From assembly GCA_002633005.1 (NCBI GenBank), contig NMRA01000846.1, positions 35,317 through 99,316 on the forward strand: a stretch of DNA of 64,000 nucleotides. Reading direction: 5' to 3'. Below the pieces are notes generated by a model, which was not told the DNA's origin, made no database searches, and saw only the letters and a program-made list of their open reading frames with translations. Source of the DNA: Phoronis australis. Lineage: Eukaryota; Animalia; Phoronida. Position numbers and translations under genes: made by a program. Of the stretch, positions 9,212 through 21,200 are shown in pieces; position 1 is the first letter of the stretch, and each line of letters begins with the position of its first letter.

Positions 9212-12200
9212 CTAAAATTCACATACGTGTAGTACAATCTAGTTAGCAATTCTGACTTAACAGTAAATCCCAACTAAAAAGTTTAAATGAATTTTTGGTT
9301 AAGAGTATCAGTTTCATTAGAAACACGGCCAATTCCATCTTTGTACTTTGTCAATAGATATGTACAAGATCCGCTTCAGACAACCATGTTAGTATCGCGA
9401 ATGTTGATCTAAGTTCTTTCTGTATGAAGTAGATCAATTTGACGCATCAGCAAGTGACTTCAATGGCAACTCTTTGAAGTGTGGTAGATAACTTGCCCAT
9501 GTATCAGGGAAAGTTAAACAATAGATCATATTGATATCTGCATTTCAACACCGACTTTCGCCTGGAGTAGAAATTAAACTGTGGGTTTTTTCTAATATAT
9601 TCTCCATCTAAACGTTGGAAACATTTTTGCACAGAAGAAGACCAAAGTACACAATTACCCTGAAACGCAAATGTGACGTCACTGAGTCTTCGCTGCCATA
9701 ATTGTGGTGTGCGTTTGTCGGTCATTGTTCGTTCTCTTGACAATGTCCGATGGCAATGACAAATTCCTAATTTGGTACCAATCATTCCCCTAAATACTAA
9801 TTCAACAAAATTGTCTTACCTCTCCATTGAAGAAACAGTAAAACATTGCCACCCACAGGCTTTGCGTCGACATGAGCACCGCGTTGGCATATCCGATGAC
9901 TATTCCGGCCACTTCATCATTTCCGGGTTTCGATATGAAAAACACGTACGTGAGACCAAGGAGAGGGACGAGAATTATCGTGGCCTTCACAGCTTTCCTG
10001 AAAATGACAGAAACGTAGCTGAAATGGAGGCCAGTTTGTTACGTACTTTCTTACAAATCACAGTAGCGCAGGATGTATTTGATTCACTTCACCGTTTCTG
10101 GCTGAGACTTTGACTGGACTAGTAAGCCGGACGTCCTCTAACCGATCAGATGTCATAGCCGGTTGATTCGGTGGAACCGGTAAAACGAATCAAAAGCACC
10201 ATTGTCTTCGCAAAATTAACACGACCTCAAAATGCCAGCTTCAAGAGTGAAAATAATGAAAATTTCAAGTATGACAATAATTTGCCGAAGAAAGAGTTTC
10301 TCTCTCACCCTCCCGCCATTACCTGCTCCCCCTGTTACACCCTATTCTTCCCTCCCCATCTCCATCGCTCAATACGGAACTAGAGTCACTATTTACCTGT
10401 AATGCTGCGTTTCGTGTGTAATGGAAGATCTTAGTTTCGTAATCAGCACCCATATAATGGTCGCAACAAACACAAGATTCACCTGAAATGACCGAATTAA
10501 ACGCTTATTAGCACGGCAATTTGTCGATTGATCAACAGTGTTGTAATGAACTTGCTGATAATGTAAAACTGCATACGTTTATTGCAGCACATTTTCATTA
10601 TGTTTAAGAACGAAAATGAGAGCCATATCCTAATAATAACAAAATGGCACTAGAAACCGGACATGACGTGTATACTTACCAACAACACCAATAGAGTTGG
10701 AGCGATAAGTAGCCAGTCAAGTCGTTCATCTCGTAGGTCGTGTTCCGGCATCCAACATCTTAAAAAGAAACAAGCGAACATGTCATGTAAGTTACAGGAC
10801 GTTCGCTGCTGATCGAAGGGTTGGGATTGAGCTCACCAACGCAACAAGTATCCACACGCAAAAGGCCTGGCGTGCGTTCAGTAATTAACACTAGGACCTA
10901 CGCAGGACCTAGCTAAAATCTAGCCACAGTCACGTGTTCTCATTAAAAATGCACGGGAACATCTCACGTAATCTCGCGAAGTGTTGCTTTTTAGCGAGGT
11001 CCTAGCGTTACTGAACGGGAGGCTGGCTTTGCCGCCTACAGGTGAGAATCACGTGGCATGCGACAGCAAAGTAGTCTTACAGTGACATTAGTAGGTAATG
11101 GGTATGTTATAACCCCTGTCATTGGTTTGATTTTGGCCAGTCGTTCTTTTACGTACGCTGTGACGCCTGAAGATGACCGGAGAAATGACCAACCGAAACA
11201 TCGTTCCAAAGTCAGTGCGCAATATGTGTAGTTTTAGCCGAATGTCGACTTCATCATCTTCAGAACAAAGTTTAGTTTAAGATTTCTTCATTTTCTCTTT
11301 TCGGTTTCTCATCACTGCAAAATGTTTCGTGACAGTGAAATCTTGAGAACTCTTTCCAAAAGTCCAGTGGGTGGTCTAATACCTGGCTCACATGCTGGCT
11401 AAAACGCTGGCGTTTTCGCCGCATTTTTGGTAGCAGGAAAAAGGCTGGTAATGAATGTTAACGGTCGCAAGGACCATTTTGCTGGACGTTTGGGTTACCC
11501 CAAAAATGATGATGCTTCCGGTAGCACTTTTATAGCCAGACCGCTTATTTCAACGGAGTCACATGCGCAGGGATACGAGACCTTTGTTTTATCGTTGCTA
11601 TGACATAGACCTGAACGTGTTTTGAAATCAGTTTTCGCTAAAAAAGATTTGGGTGCTGGTGAAAATGACTCCTTCGCGAACAACTCGTCTGTATGGCTAA
11701 AACGCTAGAGTTTTCGCTGTCATTATAGCCAGTGAAATCGCTAGCATTTTCGCCACTCATGTAAACCTAGTAGAAGATAACAAGACTTTATCGATGGGCA
11801 ATAACGTTTGCTACCGGCGCGTTTTCTTTGGTAGTGTTGCCTAAGGGAATAATCCTCCACACAACACCAGTCACATACACGTAAAGGTGTAACAGCACTT
11901 CAGAACTTTCATTATTACAAACCTTTTTTTCGCACTAAACCCGAGTCAGATTGTACTTGGGTGATCTGTCTATGAAACCTTACGATGCCGGGCGTCCACC
12001 ACAGTCCACCAAGCAACAAGGTGTTTTAGAAATTTTGTCGAGGAATGAACTTCACGAAGTGTTAAACGACGTACTTTGTTTATACACCACTTACTCGTTG
12101 TTGTTCAGCTGAGTCTTAAGAATAATCCAAATGATGACAAATGGCACCGGCAGAACTGAAAATGGAAAATAGTTTTAAATTCAACGTAACAAAATATTAA

Positions 12201-15200
12201 AAGAAGACTGAGTCCCAGACAATGTGGTATTTGTTCGTAAATCAATGTCAAACTGTTATTATACCGTTGACACGAACTTTGTAAAATGCCAGAGGTCATT
12301 AATTCACTTAGACAGCTTTATCGACCACTCAGAAAGTGGTAAAATTGAAATGCGCAACGCTACAAAATGCGAAAATTGTTCACCATTGTTTTAGGGTTTT
12401 AAAATTCGAAGATTTTGTCATTGGCTTACATCAATCACAAATCGCACCAATGAAATAGCTGATGACTTTAAATTCGGGACTTCCGTTCTGTACCAATGAA
12501 TGGTTCAGATCCAAGGCCGCAGCAGTTCGGTCCTCGAGCCGGAAGTGGCACTAAGATCAGGGGAAACGAGGACGTGACCACGGACTGCTGCTTCAGAGAG
12601 GTTCAGATTTGTTTATCACTGAAGAATCATTGAATATATTGTTGAGTCTACGGAGCGCACCTCACTTTTGCCAGTCTATAAGTTCACTTACCCCAGCCAA
12701 TGAAGACGTACTGCCAGAATTTGATCTTGTCTATGGTAAACGCCCACACAATGAGCGTATGGAGGTAGAGTCCTTCAACGAACATCCAGAAGAAGTTGGT
12801 GACCGTAAAATAGTTATATAAGGTAACAATCATCTTGCACGGCCACTGAAATCAAACGATATTCATTTACTTTCAATGAAGTATCAGGCCCATTGCGCAG
12901 CGCATAACACGCCAGAGCGTACTCGACGTCTAATGGTTTCTTGCTCACATTGGGCCAGTACAACCCATAAGGGAAAAGTTGCCTGACGGATCCTTTCCGA
13001 ACTGTGGAGCGATCTCTTTGAAGCGAGATGAAAATTACTCGCTTAGTGCGTCAGGCAACTTTTCGTTTGAGTGATTCATGCCAAAGACCAAACGTAATGT
13101 TATCACATCGCTTACCTAAAGGCCAAGAGTCTTTTAGCCGGGTTTGTCAATTTTTTCAACGACTTTAAGATATGCACTGAGCCTGCTTTGGAACTTCCGG
13201 TAGAGAGTCGACGATCTGGTGGTGACGTATTTGGAGCTCAGGACAACAGAGCAACCAGTGGGGAATTTGAGAAATAAATTTATGAATCAAATAAATTGCT
13301 TACCGCATGACTGGTGTCGGGGTCAAGCAGTACATATAGAATCATCGAGGAAATGTTGCGAAGGATGAAAGACACCATCAGATGACAATGAATTGTATTT
13401 CGAAGACATCGCAGATTTCTGAACAAAGAAGACAAACGAATGTTACGGTTCAATGTGTTGGATAACGAGTTCACAGAAACTTTCATACGGGACCGGATTG
13501 GGATTCTTAACATTTTGGGTTGTTACTAGATATTATATGATTGTGTCCTGCTTTTTCGTCTGAAAATATCGTATCTGGTTACGTGTGAAAATAGCTGAAT
13601 CTGACTGGATCTAAGTCATCTAATACGGTAATTTTGACTTACAAAGTAAACGGCCATTTGACCGACAAGCCTGACAAAACCTATACACTGCGCTTGCAGT
13701 CTCCTGGTGACGAGACCGTTTCGTCCACGAGTCGGTCATCAGGAACTCCCACACAGCATGCTGTGGAAACCAACATTTCGTGAGTCCGCTCAAAAAATGT
13801 TCGACAGCGGCACAATTTACGAGAAGAGAAGCAGAAGTTTTCAAAAACACAAATAGTCCATTGGCACGGCTTTTGATGTAATTGATGGTAGATTCTTGGA
13901 AGTGGGCCCTGACAATAGCAGACGCCTGGAAAACACGCAACGCAAGCTACCTGGTTTCGACAAATAGAATTAACAAGATGACGGGTCGTCATTGAAAGTC
14001 TCTCGATAGTATCTTCTGATTTTATCTGTGAATATGGTCCGAACCTTGTTCAGATGTCGTTACCACAGTAGCTTAGCTTTCATAGCCGTAATTTAAAACA
14101 TATTTTATAACGGTAAGTGGGTAGACAGCTCATTGTCTCTGAAAAGGGAAAACTTTGACGAGCTCTTCGGAGGAATTGGATGAATGTTTTATCCGTCTCT
14201 TGACCAAATGCCTTTGCTGTTATGAGTGAAGTTGATATGAAACACCTCCAAGGGAAAATTGGAAGTTGCGAAAATATATGAGCTCAGGATTGTGTAGGGT
14301 TACATGGCCAGTTGCATGAAACAGTCTTAAATAGGGACTCAACTAAGTTCTCTAAATCTTTACGTATTTGTTTCATTCTTTACTCACAAATGTAATATTT
14401 TTTCTATCGTTTTAACTTTATTGTGAGTTCCTCTTGGACGGATGACATTTTCGAATAATATCACTAAAAACTGAGCCCTTAATTTAATCAAAATAATTAG
14501 GAACTTAGTTCTTAAATTAGGGGCGTTGCATGAAAAGACCACCACTTATTTTCAACAATATTGAGAATTCGAACTAAAGTCCACTCTCGATTTGTATCAA
14601 AGCCAAAAATTGGCTAAGTAATAATACTCAAACAACAAAAGAAAGGGTAACCAGTGCTCTTGCAAGCCCACGAACACGCAGATAATTTAGAGAACTTAGT
14701 TGAGTCATTATTTTGGACAGTTTCATGCAACAGGGCAATGGCTGTTACTGCAGACGCAATCATTCATATTGCCTGTGTATATTAAGTATTGTTTCCTGTT
14801 GTACTCATTTTCAAGTACCCCCCTGATTGTGAACTTGTCACGTGGTACTGACATTTAAAAGCGTTTTACCCGCCAGTTCCATTCATTCGTATTTCGTATT
14901 TCGTATCTGTGTGCAGTGTATGCATCTCATTGGTTTCATCGTCGAGATTGCAGGGTTTTCATGATGTAAGTAGTGTTCTTTTGCTTATCGTTATATTCTG
15001 GTTTGTGCNGTATTTGTTTCATTCTTTACTCACAAATGTAATATTATTTCTATCGTTTTAACTTTATTGTGAGTTCCTCTTGGACGGATGACATTTTCGA
15101 ATAATATCACTAAAAACTGAGCCCTTGATTTAATCAAAATAATTAGGAACTTAGTTCTTAAATTAGGGGCGTTGCATGAAAAGACCACCACTTATTTTCA

Positions 15201-18200
15201 ACAATATTGAGAATTCGACGTTAAGTCCACTCTCGATTTGTATCAAAGCCAAAAATTGGCTTAGTAATAATACTCAAACAACAAAAGAAAGGGTAACCAG
15301 TGCTCTTGCAAGCCCACGAACACGCAGATAATTTAGAGAACTTAGTTGAGTCATTATTTGGGACAGTTTCATGCAACAGGGCAATGGCACCCAGGTACAA
15401 TGCATGGTCGAGTCTGAAGAAGTATCATAGATTAAAGTTAATCTATGGTCATACTGGTGTGGATGTTGCTTGGCCACTGAATTGTAATTTAAAATTTTTC
15501 ATTATTAACCAAATACATCATAAAACGAAAACAACTTACTTGAAATATAAAAATATGAACACCGCCAAGACCAACGCGATGGTTGATACACTGTAGCCCA
15601 CAAAGTAGATGATATATGGGGCAATGCTGGGTGGTTCCTGAAACAAAAACTCGTACACAACAATTGTTAACCTTAGCACAAATGACGGGCGTCTTAAATA
15701 TAAGAAGGTTGTGTGCATACGGATATTACAGTATGACATTGCAATCGTTATTTTCTTAAAAGCTGGCGCTTATGGCGAACTAATAGGTATTTGAATCAAG
15801 AACTACAGAAAGGAAAGCTTGGTGTTTACTAATAATTGAGCAAAGCCCACCGCGTAATATCTCAACAAGTAGAGACTTTCGGTGATACGTTTTGTGTCGT
15901 GAAACGCGTCGTAAAGAAATCGTAGATACGATTCGATACCTTTCCGTCTCAGTTCAGTGATATGTTTTAATTCAACACAACACAAAGAAAAATTCAGCGA
16001 AGGGTGCCTCATTCCAATCTGCCTGTTTTTTTCGAGGAAGCGGAAAGACCGCTCAACTAGCGTTGAATCAACGTTTTTCATTCCCTTGATTCTCCTAATT
16101 CGTCCGCGAAAAGTCTCTTCTTCGAGCACAGTGGAAACGGCTCAGAAAATGTTTTGTCGTCCACCCACACCAATGGGCTTTCAAAAAAATTTACTCAGGT
16201 GCATTTCTGGTGGTCATTTTCGGTGGATACACGTACGTGTGAGTGGAGGGCATACCAGTAAATTAAGTGTTGGTGCACTTTAAATCATTAAAACACAGAA
16301 ATGCTTTAACAACAGCTCAGAAATGCTTGACAGGTGACAGGTGCAGTTCGCGTGGTTGTCGCTAATGCACAGATCAGATATTGCATCAGGTAAAGAAACG
16401 CAGGAGGTTTTAATCAGTAATCAAGTGACGATATTCTGCCAATGAAATGGGGAACAAGAATTTTGTATCACGAGAGACAGCAAAATAGTAGTTTCAGATA
16501 TCTGGCAAATTAGAATCCCATGTTCATCAAGAACCAACATCAATGTCCCACAATTAGGTAAACTTAGAAAAGTCACATTATACATATTGGTTTGTAATGC
16601 ATTTAGAAAACCTTAAAACAAACCAGTTCAGGAAGACAGTTGTCATAATTTGTTCGATTTTCCCAGACGCCCAGCGGTGAGCAGAGCCGAGTGGCGTTTT
16701 CTGAAATTATATAAAATCTGAATGAATAGACAACTCGGTGATATCTTTCAACGAGCACCCTGCGATCGCCAAGATCTCGAACCATTATCACAGTCCGCGG
16801 GGACACTTACCACGGAGCGAAACTGTTGCCACGCATTTCAAGCACTTTTACCAAGCACTGTACCATTACGACACGAAATCAGCTCAAATTTAGTGCAAAT
16901 CGTGAAGTGCATTCTCAATGCGGCTGTGCGCCAGTTTCCGTGAGTTTCTGTGTAATAAAGTTCTTGTAGTACGTGGTAATTGCTTTGTGGAGAGAGATAA
17001 GTGCTTCCGTGGTAACGACTCCGCTCCGTGATAAGTGTTTTGTGGGTTTCAAGATGCACCAATCCATAGGGAACTCGACACCTTGAAATGTGCGTACAGT
17101 GGCAAATAGGAATAATTCGAGCTTTTTGCTATGAAGCGATCCATTCGAGCTAATAAAACAGGCTATAAAATGATTCTTTACTTTTCAATTTACCTGAAAA
17201 CTTCATTATACAAATTTTATTGTAAACAGTTAGTCAAAACTTATTCTCAAATTCTACATCTACTTTTAACATGGCAAATCGTTTTTACAACAAATACGAT
17301 TTAAAATATTCACCCTTGATTTTTAACGCTCAGAATAAACATCACTTTTTTATAAACTTTGAAAATTAATAATTAAACGCTTGTAAATATAAATTTAACT
17401 GGTGTTCCTTCCTACCTTTCGATAGGTGGAGTTAGTAGTCATGTGTACTAAATGGGTGAAAATAAAAAGAAATTTTTAAATGAGTAGCAGAATGAAAATT
17501 CGAAGGTCTAACTGACCGGTAGTTTCATTCAAGTTCTCAGATCTTGACTTCAATTAGTCTTAATACACCCCGATAACGATTGCTTTCCTAAAACGCTGTC
17601 CAGCATAACGTAAAGACTATCTATTTATATTATACTCTTGTGGTCTTACGAATCTTTATCGATTTTTGATTTTGCAAAAACAACCCCTTGATCGTGTCTT
17701 GTATTCACAATATTTAGTGTTGAAAATACATTTCGAAAATACTCGAAAATGCATTACTGAAACCAGCAGCGTTCAATAGCACTTTTAAAAGGGCGTCCAA
17801 TAAATCTTCATTTTGATTCGTAAATGATCGGCAATACCTCCAGGTATTTTTGGGACACCAGTTAGCAGACGACTGCTGAAAGTTCCGCGCAGGATAAAAA
17901 ACAAAATGGTTCACGACTCAAGAGTCCCGATGACTTTGGTGCCTCAGAGGAGAGTGGAGTGAAAAATAAAGATAACAGAACAGTTTGTTCTGAGTTTGCA
18001 AACAAGTAGCCAACAAATTGCGGTGCAAATATGGAATACAAAAATCAGTAGGCCCCGCATGTGCGAAAGAAAGCGTTTCAAGGACTGAGCAGTCGATCAT
18101 TTTGACCACAACGTGGCTTTTGATAAGGTTCGCTAACAATAAGAACAAGCGTTCTAGGTTCATTAGCATTCAGCACGAGCTGTTTCTATTTCATTTACGA

Positions 18201-21200
18201 TTTCTTCACGCCTGGTCCGTCCTTTGATGACGAATTCTTAATCTCGAAAACAAATACTGACGATTTCTGTAAAAATGCACAAAGAACCCTTGGAGGCTTA
18301 AGTTTACATGTGCAATTTGCATTTCAAATCTGAAAACAGGCATCGAATTTTTTTGCATATTACATCCAACGACTTTCAAATCCCGTGGTTCACATTCTGA
18401 CACAAAGACCATGTCATAGCTGAATGCTGATTTTAACCCTTCGCGAAGGTACTAGTCGCGGAATAGCAGGGGAGAGAGCCAGTTGTCACGCAGTTTAAAA
18501 TGTGAAACATTTTCGGCAGTTGCAGTGAATAAATCAGAAATGTTCAGTGGAGGTAAGCACACAAGCAAGAGAACAACGAGTGTAGTGGTAAGTCTAAACA
18601 TGCGTTGCTCATTTTTTAAAAATGAAAATCCACTTGAGACAAGCAAATTTATGTGAAATTTGTTTTTTCCTTTTACTCACAGTTCGGCAAATCATGTCGT
18701 TTCAAACCTTTCTTACGTGCCATTGTATAGCTTTCAAAAAACACACAAAAATTTCAAAATGAGTCGAGCCAACTTTGGCATCAGCGTCAGTTATATATCA
18801 AACCAACGAACAGTGAAGCCAGGGCGGTCCTTCGTAACTATCCATCTTATTGAAGATATATGTTTTCCTGAAATTACTGCAGTCGTATCTAGCATGTACA
18901 TTTTTGACACGTACACAACATCTATATGGAACTTAGGCACGTTTGTAGATCAAAGATCTTTATGGATAGCAAGCTTACATGTAATTTTGAAATGGGTATA
19001 AGCTCGCTTTCCGTCGAGTAAACCAAATTACCAAAACCACTTACACGTTAAGAAATTGGTGTCAATTTGTTCATTAGTCAAAAATAGCTGAGATTTCCCG
19101 GCATGAGAACTGACAGTTAGTTATTGTTTGACACAAGATTCCACAAGATGACTTGTCACGGCGTGTCACTTTATTAAACGACCATGGTCTCGAGCAATAA
19201 GCAACCGCCAGTTCTTTGCAAGACCAAAAATCACTTCTCAAAATCGAGACCCATTTTTAGCGGTACGTAGTCTAAATCAAAACTCATTGAGACATGGCCG
19301 TTGAAGAGTCTTGTCATACATAGGTTCTTAATTCTTAGAACTGTGCCTATTTTTTAATAACTCGAGGTAGAATTCAATTTAGTTAAAATAAAACAAACAA
19401 CACTGAAAAACCAGCAACGCCTCAGAAAATTTGTATCAACCTATTTAGTAAAATGTACTCTATCTGAAATTTCCTGTGTCGATTAAGGCTGACGTTTGTG
19501 ACGCTTAAACGTTGGCATTTGTGCAATTCACTTAATTCATTCAACGAATTCTAGTTCGCGACACAAATGAATAGACCTACACTGAAAACTCCAAAATCAT
19601 TAGACGTAACGCTGGTGGTAGCATTGATTAAGGTTATCAAGGATTTTCATTTATTAGAATCAGTGAAAGATGCTAATCCCCTCATCCATATCTTCGCAGA
19701 ATCCCAATGACAACCATTGTTAAGATTCATAGACAAAATATGCAAACCTGTCACGAATTAACCCCGAACAGCAAGAGGAAATTCAGATGGTTTTGTTCAT
19801 CTTCGTGCCGGCAAACATAACATCGATTCTGACTCGGATATGATGCCAGATTACGCAGTCTGACCTATGGTCAAAGCAACTTCATGACCGAGGCATTGCA
19901 GGAAAATAGTTAGTCATTTTTCGACTTCATGTTTTTACGAACACCATCCAAACAGTGATTGTTTACGTTTCATTAGTTGGCTAATTAATTAACTTTCCGG
20001 GTCTGATATAAACGTTTGTTCCATTACGAAGTATTAGAATTAACCAACAGAAAACGGCCGCCGCGGCCTACCAATTTCAACGCAACTTGAAATATTTCAC
20101 ATCAAATCAAACTCGAAATATTCAAACATTAATCCCATAAATTCATGACCATCCTGTTTTAACAGAAATCTACATTTTATTGTTAAAGTGACATGAAGCG
20201 CAATGCAAAATTAAGTTTGTTTAATCGTAGAAGAAATGTCATGTGGTAAAACGTGATGGTCTGTGTCGACAAGGTGCCACGAAATATAACGGCCTTCATA
20301 TTCTAAAAATTTGTTCCGTGGAAATGTCCATTCCTCTTCAATAAGTCAAACACGGCTCAAAGGATTTGTGGATAAAAAGAGTACCAGTCAAGGAAACTGA
20401 CAAAGCTTGAATTAAAATTTACTCACGTGATGTGTCAATCAGGGCGTTCTCACTGTTGCCTATATGACTGAACGCCTCGGCATCCGGGCATTTCATCCGC
20501 ATCTTAGTGCCACCTAGCGTGGTTGGGATGCACATTATCCCATCCCACGTGCTGTTGCAGTAGACCTGACCCTCGTCTACAACAATTTTGATATAATGAG
20601 ATGCAACATTCCAGTGCGTGCTAAAGGGGCAGTGTTTCGCTGGGCGGATTAAAGGAGCATGCCACCCAAAAAACAACCTAATTTGTATCAATTTAGATCG
20701 AGTAGTTCTACTCCATAAGGGCACGTACGGTTGCGTTACCTGACACCTGACGGCAGACGAAAGTGTTGAAATTATCCAATGACGTAATTGGTTTCACACG
20801 CAGTCTGTTCAGCAGTTCACAACACGGGTTACTGGTGTCAGCTTATTGCTTGAATTCATCGTTTAACACCAATAAATCATCAAACTTCGATGTGAAGGCC
20901 TTAAAAATACACCGAGTTCTTATGAAAACGTATTATTTCGCTGTTACGGATTCATTGGCGTTTGGACACACCGTAGCCTACCTACAAAGTCCGGTAGGCC
21001 AATAAGGTCCGTAGCAGGAGTTTGGGGTCTGTTCGGAGATAAATTCGAAGTATTTTTCAGTGAGATAAAGACAGGAGAACCTAGATCTGTGTTGTTTAGA
21101 CTTGTGATTTTTTGAGTTCTAANTTCACGGCCTCATACTCGCTATTTACAGCGTACTTTTCATTCTTCACTACCGCGAACCACTTCCTAAGCATTTCGGA

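Noticed and set aside
9034-9273. 79-aa Arg-rich minus-strand ORF as the receptor C-tail
   Set aside because: Wrong frame; the phase-0 splice gives VQTCIQKKF...DEAV* instead
9772-10113. 113-aa plus-strand ORF
   Set aside because: Antisense shadow of the TM6-TM7 exon
11160-11265. Hammerhead ribozyme (CTGAAGA...GAAAC)
   Set aside because: Stem I cannot be formed after any candidate cleavage triplet
11313-11836. CACTA-like element (cactgcaaaa / tttggtagtg)
   Set aside because: Termini match poorly and there is no TSD
16811-16947. Exon-like unit with a strong gtaagt donor just upstream of the 16700 exon
   Set aside because: Stops in all three frames and its ATG is out of phase with the next exon; could only be a poison or non-coding exon, with no support
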